Virus record (IMG/VR): IMGVR_UViG_3300050156_000030 | Coordinates: 1 to 42,149 of that record | DNA from: a virus | Taxonomy: Duplodnaviria; Caudoviricetes | DNA: 42,149 nt | Reading direction: 5' to 3' (one strand) | Part shown: positions 35,022 through 42,149 of the stretch, in pieces | How the letters are laid out: every line of letters begins with the position of its first letter | Position numbering within the stretch: position 1 is the stretch's first letter | Notes under the pieces: generated by a model | Told to the model about the DNA's origin: nothing | Database searches by the model: none | The model's input: only the letters and a program-made list of their open reading frames with translations | Made by a program: the position numbers and the translations under genes

Positions 35022-36107
35022 TCAGGCGTAGCGAGCGGCGCGAATGGCATCGCGGACGGTGGCGGTGTCGGCGAACTGCGCCGGGGCAAGATTGTGGACC
35101 TTGGGAACCGGGGCGGCGTCCTCACAGCCCGACAGCAGTGCGATGAACGCGCCTGCAATGGCGTTGTCATCAAGGCCATCAGCGGCGCTGCCCAGCTTGC
35201 CCGAGACGACAGCACGACGGATTGCCATTTCGTCCACCGCGTCGGTCACGATGGCCGGGACCAGCTTCTTGGCGTCAGCCACCAGCTTAGCGCGATCGGC
35301 CACGCGCTTTTCGATAGCGGCAGGGGCCAGTTCGGCCTTTGCGTCGGCCAACTGCTTTTCGAGCGCGGCAACCTTGCCCTGCTCGGTCGAAAGCGATGCC
35401 TGCGCGTCAGTCAGCGCCTTGGCGGCGTCGGCGATTGCGGCGTCCTTCTTGGACACGACGGCACGCACCGCAGCTTCATCGGCCAGCGAAACCGGCAGGC
35501 CGTCAACGATGATTGTTCCAGCCATTTCCGGCTCCTTGTGGGTGAGGGGCGATGCATCATCGCTGATCTTGAGTTCCGGCCCGCCCCGAGCGGCAGGAAC
35601 TGCGGCGATATGGTTGATGCGGATGTTGCGCTGCACGGCGTCAAAGGCTTGCCCATCGGGCGCGGTGCCCGGCGTGGCATCGAGCGTGCAGGCGTACCCC
35701 ATCGAAAGCTGTTTGTGGGTCGTGCGGACCTTGGCGACGGCGGCAGCATCGCGCACGATGATCGGCACACGGACGAACTCGCCATCGCGGGCAATGTCGC
35801 CATTGATTTCACCTTTGCCGTATTGCCCCCAGTTGTCGGCGGTCACTGCAACGGACGGATGGTCAATCGTGACAGGCGCGGCGGCATAGGTGGCAAGGCT
35901 GTCCTTGGCGAACACCTCCTCATCAGGCCGGTAAACGCGGACAATGGCCTTGTCGCGAAAGCCAAGCGCGCCGGTCGGATCGACTTCGGCCCCGCGATAC
36001 TCCTGTATGCCGGTGCGCGCCGCGCGAACGACAGCCACAAGCGAGCCATCGGCGCAGATGCGGGCCTGTGCAGCGTCAAGGTTGAGCGTGTCGAAAAGCT
36101 GGACCAT
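35022..36107 (-). CDS. Prohead protease-scaffold (DUF2213)
   Basis: AARTGIQEY, VYRPDEEVF, PVTIDHP, QLSMGY, RINHIAAVPAARGG; coiled-coil C-terminus. Confidence 0.9.
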   Translation of the reverse strand: MVQLFDTLNLDAAQARICADGSLVAVVRAARTGIQEYRGAEVDPTGALGFRDKAIVRVYRPDEEVFAKDSLATYAAAPVTIDHPSVAVTADNWGQYGKGEINGDIARDGEFVRVPIIVRDAAAVAKVRTTHKQLSMGYACTLDATPGTAPDGQAFDAVQRNIRINHIAAVPAARGGPELKISDDASPLTHKEPEMAGTIIVDGLPVSLADEAAVRAVVSKKDAAIADAAKALTDAQASLSTEQGKVAALEKQLADAKAELAPAAIEKRVADRAKLVADAKKLVPAIVTDAVDEMAIRRAVVSGKLGSAADGLDDNAIAGAFIALLSGCEDAAPVPKVHNLAPAQFADTATVRDAIRAARYA

Positions 36108-36139
36108 GCTCAGCGTAGTAGGGCGGTCCGCGTGCGGGT

Positions 36140-36153
36140 TTTACCGCCGTCAG
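36140..36153 (-). promoter_or_regulatory. Late-promoter box copy 5 (upstream of protease-cement-capsid genes)
   Basis: CTGACGGCGGTAAA-N19-TACTAC. Confidence 0.8.
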
Positions 36154-36980
36154 AACTCGCCATCAAGTGAGAGCACGGCACGCGAAGTACATCCGCAATA
36201 AGGAAGCTGCCCCGGCCTGTCCTCGGGCGGCTTGTGCGCGCCTGACGTGGCATTGTCATCGTAGCGCTTGCCATCGCGGGCAGCGTGTTCGGGGCGCGGG
36301 TGTGCTTTGTGGCTGCTGATCCATTCCCACATGCTCAGACCCGCCTGCCTGCGCCGCTCCTCGTTGAGCGTTTCAACGGCTTTGCTCAATTGGTCGCTGG
36401 CAATGAACAGCGAACGCCGCTTGCCCATGTCCACGGCCTCACGCAGTTCCGCAGCCACATCACGGGCAGGTTTGCGCTCTGAAAGGCCACGAAACACGCT
36501 GTCGGACATGCGGGTGCGCGCTTGATCGGACACGGACTTCACCAGAGCCACGTTGCGTTCGATCACGGTGCCGAGCGGCAAACGAACATCGTCCGGGCCA
36601 ACCAGCATCCCAATGTCGATGCCAGACCCGCGTTTGACCGATGCCGCCCACCGCTTGCGTTGTGCCTCCTCGATCCGCTTGGCCCAGCGCTCAAGCCTCA
36701 GCCGCAGCATGATCGAAAGAGCCGATACGCCGGCTTCCGTACTTACGATGATGCCAGACAGTTCCGGCGCGGCGTCGGTGGTCACCTCGGCTAGGCTGCG
36801 CTCGTATTCGGCCATGATCGTCGGGATGGCGTTTGACCATTCGGCCAGCACCGGAGCGTAAGCCGACGCGTAAAGGTCCGAAGCCAGCATGGCGGGCACC
36901 GTGACTTGCTGGAAAGCGATGGCTTTGCGGCGCGGCGTCTTGATCGCGCGGCGGTAGAGTGTGGCGAGGTCGAAGCGCAT
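36150..36980 (-). CDS. Head morphogenesis protein (Mu F / SPP1 gp7-like)
   Basis: NVALVKSV, FIASDQ, WEWISS...RPEHAARDGK, PGQLPYCGC; TGATG overlap with the portal stop. Confidence 0.88.
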   Translation of the reverse strand: MRFDLATLYRRAIKTPRRKAIAFQQVTVPAMLASDLYASAYAPVLAEWSNAIPTIMAEYERSLAEVTTDAAPELSGIIVSTEAGVSALSIMLRLRLERWAKRIEEAQRKRWAASVKRGSGIDIGMLVGPDDVRLPLGTVIERNVALVKSVSDQARTRMSDSVFRGLSERKPARDVAAELREAVDMGKRRSLFIASDQLSKAVETLNEERRRQAGLSMWEWISSHKAHPRPEHAARDGKRYDDNATSGAHKPPEDRPGQLPYCGCTSRAVLSLDGEF

Positions 36981-38884
36981 CAGGCCTCCGTGATCTTGGA
37001 CTTCCAATCCAGATCTAGCGGCTCGAAAAGTTCAGGACCGAAACGCAATTCCCCAGCATACGGCTTAATCGTGTCGATGTTTACGCCATCTGGCGCCGTG
37101 TAAGTGATAGCCACGTGTGGAAGGTACTCTGCAAAATCATGACTGCCGCCAGCCTGCACCATCTCATTGTGGCGCGATTGCAGTGCCCATGATGCAAATT
37201 GCAAAACGACCGTGCCTTCACCGAACTGCTCAAGAGCACGCGGGCCGCCGGGCTTTATCACGATACCGCCATCAGGGTCATTTGACCATGATTCCCCCAT
37301 CTGCATTGGATCGATAGGCGAGCGGCTGTATAACACAGTCACGTGCATATCTGATGCGGGCAGCGTGGTTTCAAATCCTTGCGACTTCGCCCAGGCGATC
37401 AGATCGGCAGCATTCAAGAGCTTGCGCTGCACATACAGTGGGCGTGGCGTGGCGTCATTCGCACGGACAGGCGGCGTCACCTCAGGCGCGCCGCCTGTAC
37501 CGGCTAGATTTGGATCAGCCTCCTTTCCGCTGTTGCCCGGGTCAAGGGATGGATCGGCCACAATGCCGAAGCGCTCGTTTTCAGGGATCACGGCAAGAGC
37601 CTGCCCAAGGCCCGGCATCCACTCGCCTTCGACAAGCGTGTTTTGCACCGCCTCGTTGAATGCGCGTTCAGGCATCGCGCCAAGGGCAAGGATGGAGGTC
37701 AATGCATCGGCGGTGGTCTTGAACCGGGTCGCGTTCTTGTCGGCGTCAGGGGCTTCCAGCGGGGCAAAGTCGTAATCAACCTTATCCGGCATCGACCCCA
37801 GTGCGGACGGCACAAGATAGCGGTCCAACTGGTCCAAACATGGTGCGAGCATCAGCGTTTGCCGCGCGCGCACCATCTTGCCCCAGTCCTTTTGCTGGCT
37901 GTCACCCGATGAGTTCATGCCTTCGGGCGCGCGGCCAAGCAGGCGGGTCGCCGGGATGTCGGAGATAGCACAGACGAACTCGGCAAACGCGCTCAGGACA
38001 TCCTTGGCCCCGGCGAAGTTGTAGGCCACATCGTCAATCTTTTCGGCGGGACCGTCTGCGCCATTGCCCGCGTCGTAAACCGATGCGTTGTAGATCGATT
38101 CGGCGAGTGCGATTGTTGACAGACGGGCCGACAGACGGGCCTCGCCATCGGTGGTCGAGACCAGTTCAGTTAGGTTCGGGATGCCGATGCGGGTCCCTCG
38201 CGCCTTGTGCAGCAACGCCGCGAACGATGCGCGGGCCGTGTCGCTGTCCTTTACCGCGTCGAGTACCTGCTGAACCGTGCTTTCACCCCAATAGGCGTCT
38301 GCACTGTTGAACTGCGTCGGCGCGGCAAGGCTGGCGCTCGTGTCGGCTTTGAACGGGATAACGCGACTAGGATGGATCGCAACCTGTCGGCCATTCTGCG
38401 TGGTCATGAGCCATTCGACAGGCTCGCCATAACCCGGTTGCGTGGCATCGCTGGAAAGCTGGATGAACGTCAGGTGCCAGCGTGACACGACGTTGATGTA
38501 GGCCAAACCCTGCTTGCCGATGGTCGTGGGGGCAGGCTGCGAAGGGTCGCCCGGAAGGCCAAGGATCAAGGCCCCGCCACCAAGCCCACGCAGGGTTTCG
38601 ACCTGGAGCAGCTTTTGCGCAAGCTGGTGGCGCTTTTCTTCTGCCTCCAACGCCTCGATCTGGCCCCGATCCATTTCCCAAGCGCGGCCCTCACGGATCA
38701 TGTCGAGCGCGGGGATGCGCACAATCTTCCGCATCAGGCCGCTGCCGGTATAGGCCGCGTGGATTTCGACCTGCGTCATGGGGCGCGTGGGCACGTAAGC
38801 GCCTGCGCCGCGTGCATCGCGTGCGGTTCCTTGGCCGGTAATTGCGTTGCGAAGACCGTCCGCTAGGCGTGTTGCGATACCCAT
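36980..38884 (-). CDS. Portal protein (DUF1073) with C-terminal Acb1-like 2H phosphoesterase domain
   Basis: Portal motifs LMRKIVRIPALDMIRE, IHPSRV, DIPATRLLGRAPEGMNSSG; after a Pro/Gly linker come DMHVTVLYSR and HDFAEYLPHVAITY. Confidence 0.9.
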   Translation of the reverse strand: MGIATRLADGLRNAITGQGTARDARGAGAYVPTRPMTQVEIHAAYTGSGLMRKIVRIPALDMIREGRAWEMDRGQIEALEAEEKRHQLAQKLLQVETLRGLGGGALILGLPGDPSQPAPTTIGKQGLAYINVVSRWHLTFIQLSSDATQPGYGEPVEWLMTTQNGRQVAIHPSRVIPFKADTSASLAAPTQFNSADAYWGESTVQQVLDAVKDSDTARASFAALLHKARGTRIGIPNLTELVSTTDGEARLSARLSTIALAESIYNASVYDAGNGADGPAEKIDDVAYNFAGAKDVLSAFAEFVCAISDIPATRLLGRAPEGMNSSGDSQQKDWGKMVRARQTLMLAPCLDQLDRYLVPSALGSMPDKVDYDFAPLEAPDADKNATRFKTTADALTSILALGAMPERAFNEAVQNTLVEGEWMPGLGQALAVIPENERFGIVADPSLDPGNSGKEADPNLAGTGGAPEVTPPVRANDATPRPLYVQRKLLNAADLIAWAKSQGFETTLPASDMHVTVLYSRSPIDPMQMGESWSNDPDGGIVIKPGGPRALEQFGEGTVVLQFASWALQSRHNEMVQAGGSHDFAEYLPHVAITYTAPDGVNIDTIKPYAGELRFGPELFEPLDLDWKSKITEA

Positions 38885-38915
38885 GCCGGGGTTATGGCTG
38901 GCAGGTTGGCTTGGT

Positions 38916-38929
38916 GTTACCGCCGTCAG
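38916..38929 (-). promoter_or_regulatory. Late-promoter box copy 6 (upstream of portal gene)
   Basis: CTGACGGCGGTAAC-N19-CATAAC. Confidence 0.8.
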
Positions 38930-40326
38930 GTCAGCGCGCCTATGTCGTAGCGGCCACCCAGCGCCACGGCATCGAATGCACGCGAAGTCGCATCGGCATC
39001 GTCGTCATGCTTGGCGGTCGGAAAGTTCTCAAGCGCCGAATACCAGCGATCGTTCCAAGCGCCGCGCAGCACGTCCACGTTGCCACCTTCGGCCTGCGCA
39101 GAGAACGAGCCGAACCGCGTCACCTTGTCGCCGCTTTCCGTACTGGACCGGACATTGTAGCCCGACAGCGCCAGCTTGAGGTTGGCGACTTGGCTCTTGC
39201 CTGCCTGTCCAGGATCTTGCGGCAGGCTGATCTTGCAGGACTTGCCGTCACGCGAGGCATTGTTGACGATCAACCGTTCAACACCTGCAGGGGACAGGCA
39301 GTCATTGCCGCTATCGACCACGATGTACCGCCCGCTAGGCATCCTGCCTATCTTGACACTCGCTGTTGCGTCGGGGTCGGGGTTCTCGGCTGTGCGCGGT
39401 GTCGCGGCAAGGTCGTAACCTCGCGCGAAGGTCGTGCCGGTGGGGATGGCATCGACGGTCTGGCACCATGAGCGCTGGAAATACAGCCCAGCGGCGGGTC
39501 TGATCTTCCAGTTACCACCTAGCAGCCGCTCACGTTCGACCATCGGTAGCGACAGCAGCGATGCCATGTAGCCGGGATCGGCAGCCATCAGCGCTTTGTT
39601 GTCGGTCAATTTGGCCGGGATGAACGTCAGCGACTTCGGCGGGATCGGGACTTGCTCGCCGGCCTCATTGACCATGGTGTAGCAGGCCAGTTCGGCGGGG
39701 CTATCGGCCCATTTCAGCACCTCGCCAACGCGGACGAACCATCGCAGCACGCCGGAGCGCTCGGGAATCGGCAGCCCGGTATCCTGATCGATCCACCATG
39801 CGATAAGCTCGGCAACCCAGCTATCGGCGTCAGGGTTGCAGGTGGCGCGGATGTAGGGCCGAACGCCGCACATCGATCGGTTACGGCTGACCATGTACCA
39901 GAATTGCAACTGGGTGAAGTGTGTCAGTTCATCGAACTTGATCAACGGGATTTGCGAGCCCTGCCAGTTGAACCGGGTCTTATCGTGTTCAAGGTGGGTG
40001 AAGCTTGCCGTCGCGCCACTCGGGAATTGCCACGACAGCACATGCTCTTTCGGCGATCCCCCAGCCAGCGGGTAGAGGTTGGCGCTTTCATCCCATAACC
40101 CGCCCTCGTTGCGGATTTGCACCGTTGACCGGCGGAATGTGACCGAGCCGAAGTCGGGGTTATGGATATGGCGCAGGTCTTCGAGCAACAGCGCCCACGT
40201 CTTGCCACCGCCAGCGCTGCCACCATAAATCGCGATGTCCGCCGGAGTTGCCAAAAACGCCGTCTGTGGCCCCGGCTGAGGCATGATCGTCTTGCCTTCA
40301 ACGATCTGCGGCATGATGGTATTCAT
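38926..40326 (-). CDS. terL: Terminase large subunit
   Basis: YGGSAGGGKT Walker A, KFDELTHF Walker B, RATCNP, RGYDLAA and HDDDADA nuclease motifs. Confidence 0.95.
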   Translation of the reverse strand: MNTIMPQIVEGKTIMPQPGPQTAFLATPADIAIYGGSAGGGKTWALLLEDLRHIHNPDFGSVTFRRSTVQIRNEGGLWDESANLYPLAGGSPKEHVLSWQFPSGATASFTHLEHDKTRFNWQGSQIPLIKFDELTHFTQLQFWYMVSRNRSMCGVRPYIRATCNPDADSWVAELIAWWIDQDTGLPIPERSGVLRWFVRVGEVLKWADSPAELACYTMVNEAGEQVPIPPKSLTFIPAKLTDNKALMAADPGYMASLLSLPMVERERLLGGNWKIRPAAGLYFQRSWCQTVDAIPTGTTFARGYDLAATPRTAENPDPDATASVKIGRMPSGRYIVVDSGNDCLSPAGVERLIVNNASRDGKSCKISLPQDPGQAGKSQVANLKLALSGYNVRSSTESGDKVTRFGSFSAQAEGGNVDVLRGAWNDRWYSALENFPTAKHDDDADATSRAFDAVALGGRYDIGALT

Positions 40327-40331
40327 GGCGG

Positions 40332-40928
40332 TCAGGTACGCTTATTGTCGGGCAGGGCAAATATTGCGATGGTCGGGGATGGTAGGTCTTTGCCGTCCTT
40401 GCCGGTGTGCTCAATGCGCTCTTTGAACATGCCGAGATGCTTGCCAATATCCACCAATGCCGCGCGCTTGTCATGTAGCTTGACCTTGAGACCACCGCGA
40501 TCGGTCTGGGCAATCTCGGCAATGGCAGCAGCCGTATCGTCATCGATCGCATCGCTGTCGATCAATTCGACCTGGTTGGTCAGGGCATGGCGAACTTCAC
40601 CCGGGCCATCCTCCATAATCTGATCAAGCGTCCGTTCGTCAGGCGCAGCTACTGCGACATTCGATGCCCAGCGGATAGCTTTGCGGATATCGCTGAACCC
40701 GATCTTGGCGAGTTCGCTCAGGACCATATCCTGCGTAATACCGGTCCGATTCGAGCGGTTTGCCTGCGCCTTTGCAATGGCATCCTGTAATTCAGCATTC
40801 TTCAACAGGCGCTGTCCCTGCGAATATGCCGTCCTCGCGCTGTATCCTGCCCTGATGGCCGCCTGTGTGGCGTTCAAATCGAGCAGGTACTCCTCGACAA
40901 AGCGCTCCTGCTTTGGCGTAAGGCTCAC
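40332..40928 (-). CDS. terS: Terminase small subunit
   Basis: LTPKQERFVEEYLLDLNATQAAIRAGYS; KLHDKRAALVDIGKHLGMF; GTG start at 40928. Confidence 0.93.
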   Translation of the reverse strand: MSLTPKQERFVEEYLLDLNATQAAIRAGYSARTAYSQGQRLLKNAELQDAIAKAQANRSNRTGITQDMVLSELAKIGFSDIRKAIRWASNVAVAAPDERTLDQIMEDGPGEVRHALTNQVELIDSDAIDDDTAAAIAEIAQTDRGGLKVKLHDKRAALVDIGKHLGMFKERIEHTGKDGKDLPSPTIAIFALPDNKRT

Positions 40929-41212
40929 TTCACGCCCCCCTTCAAAGTCTGTCCCATGACATAGCGGCGACGCGATGCCTTTCCATGCAGGCTCTTGGCC
41001 CCATGTGCCTTGACGTATGCTGCCCGATCTCGCTTCAAAGCCTCGCCTCCACATTCGATGATCCAGCGCCGAATGCAGCGCCAGTTGGTGTTGTAATGAT
41101 CGGTAATCCCATCCCATCCCATGCAGATGTAGGTCTCGCGGAAGTCGTGCGGGCAGGGACGGGTCGGCTTGATCAGGCCGGTGTCATGGCAGCGGCCATC
41201 GGTGCGACGCAT
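40925..41212 (-). CDS. HTH-like protein directly upstream of terS (candidate late regulator)
   Basis: GGAGG RBS before ATG 41212; MGWDGITDHYNTNWRCIRRWIIECG has HTH-like spacing. Confidence 0.6.
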   Translation of the reverse strand: MRRTDGRCHDTGLIKPTRPCPHDFRETYICMGWDGITDHYNTNWRCIRRWIIECGGEALKRDRAAYVKAHGAKSLHGKASRRRYVMGQTLKGGVK

Positions 41213-41235
41213 TGCAAAAACCTCCGCGATGATGG

Positions 41236-41370
41236 TCACCCCATCACCTCCCGAGCAAACTCAGGCGTAAAAACCTTCCCCCAGCCATTGCGCACCCAAG
41301 CGTCCCGAACGTCCTGAACCGTCGCCCGGCCTTGGACGTGGTGAATGGCGTGCCGGGTGACAGCCATCAT
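41236..41370 (-). CDS. 44-aa hypothetical protein
   Basis: MMAVTRHAIHHVQGRATVQDVRDAWVRNGWGKVFTPEFAREVMG; coupled overlaps. Confidence 0.4.
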   Translation of the reverse strand: MMAVTRHAIHHVQGRATVQDVRDAWVRNGWGKVFTPEFAREVMG

Positions 41371-41463
41371 ACAGTATCCGATGCGGGGTTACGCTGGCGG
41401 TGATTGCGCAGCCAGATGCGGCGCTCGCGGTCATGCTGGTCTGCAATGGCGCGGGTGTGGCCG

Positions 41464-41925
41464 TCAGTCATCGCTACCGCCATCGTAAGCAAGTTGGCGC
41501 GCTGGTGCGGCGAGTGCTTGCCGACTTGCAGGCGCGGCAAACATGGCAGGATTCCCACCAGCATATCCACCAGCAAACGGGTTGCCCCAATCGTATCGGT
41601 GAGCGTTGATCACTTTGAGACACTCGTGGATCGTTGGGAAGAATATGCAGCGCTCTTTCAGTTGGCGCGTCAGTTCGTTCAGGCCCTTGGGTGACAGGTG
41701 GCCAAGGCTGTCGAAATACTCAGCAATCAGCCACTTTGCGGCCTGCACATCGCCCTTGTCGGAGCGCTTAAACAGGACTTCCCAGCGGCGAAACGTTTCG
41801 AGAAACACGCGCTTGCGCTCAAGCAGCTCCGAGCCATTCGAGCCCGTCATCGATGGCGATTGCGAGGCTTGAGCGTTGGTCATGACGTTGGCCAGTGCGG
41901 TGCTGATCGGTTTTGCTTCGGTCAT
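41464..41925 (-). CDS. Replication-associated protein (lambda P position; helicase-loader-like)
   Basis: Follows the initiator; CIFFPTIHECL motif; start uncertain (41925 or 41850). Confidence 0.55.
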   Translation of the reverse strand: MTEAKPISTALANVMTNAQASQSPSMTGSNGSELLERKRVFLETFRRWEVLFKRSDKGDVQAAKWLIAEYFDSLGHLSPKGLNELTRQLKERCIFFPTIHECLKVINAHRYDWGNPFAGGYAGGNPAMFAAPASRQALAAPARQLAYDGGSDD

Positions 41926-42149
41926 TGGGCTTCCAGCGGTTTGCGTTGGTGATCCAGGTGCGGAATGCGGCTTGCCAGTCTTTCGAGGTGCGGCCCTTGT
42001 CGGCGGCATGGTCGCGGAATGCGGCCAGTTGCTGGTCAAACATGCCGGGCGGCCAGCCAGCGACCAGCGCCCGTGCGTTCTCGGTCAGGATCGGGGCCCA
42101 GCCATCGGGGAGCTTGCGAGCGATCTTCGCCTTCTCGGCCAGTTTAGCG
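41819..42149 (-). CDS. Replication initiator, C-terminal part (enters from the window end)
   Basis: Open frame AKLAEKAKIARKLPDGWAP...AAFRDHAADKGRTSKDWQAAFRTWITNA, a DnaT-like C-terminal domain typical of phage initiators. Confidence 0.75.
   Translation of the reverse strand, partial: AKLAEKAKIARKLPDGWAPILTENARALVAGWPPGMFDQQLAAFRDHAADKGRTSKDWQAAFRTWITNANRWKPNDRSKTDQHRTGQRHDQRSSLAIAIDDGLEWLGAA

Noticed and set aside
33293-35146. 617-aa plus-strand ORF, and similar long antisense ORFs (6959-7999, 35094-36170, 15680-16534)
   Set aside because: Shadow frames opposite well-supported genes in GC-rich DNA; no motifs or RBS.
37262-37275. Near-match to the late box (CTGATGGCGGTATC) inside the portal gene; weaker one near 41473-41486
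   Set aside because: Two or more mismatches and no YA hexamer at the 19-nt spacing; explained by coding for DGG.
38916-38929. Late box read as a stop-codon read-through or tandem-stop signal (TGA CGG CGG TAA)
   Set aside because: Only three of six copies use the TGA as a stop; the fixed spacing to a -10-like hexamer fits a promoter better.

Overview
The window looks like an essentially complete ~42 kb temperate, long-tailed (siphovirus-type) phage genome from a GC-rich alphaproteobacterial host (probably a sphingomonad; inferred from the GapR-like gene and gene style). It appears to be the excised/circular form: attP is intact (tRNA-3'-end core with arm repeats on both sides, 14578-14763) and the two window ends join in frame inside the replication-initiator gene. 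The layout is lambdoid. A cro/cI switch with TTGCGA-N3-TCGCAW operators drives a minus-strand early operon (CII-like, GapR-like, RusA, HNH, replication). That operon continues across the junction into terminase, portal, head, tail, tail fibre and lysis genes. The plus-strand early operon carries a pentapeptide protein, Rad52-like recombinase, SSB, nin-like genes, two methyltransferases, a PAPS-reductase-like protein, xis/int and a post-attP block with Lar. A defective IS1595-family element sits where the two arms converge. The most notable observations are: (1) a 14-bp box (YTGACGGCGGTAAM) repeated six times, each exactly 19 nt upstream of a -10-like hexamer, apparently a phage-specific late-promoter system giving mostly leaderless mRNAs; (2) a portal protein fused to an Acb1-like 2H phosphoesterase; (3) a two-gene cassette in the lambda rexAB position whose first gene has an in-frame amber codon before a QGDLF tail; (4) a tail-region moron with its own promoter, insulated from the tail-tube gene by an RBS-occluding hairpin. 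All family calls come from motif recognition by eye, not from database searches.
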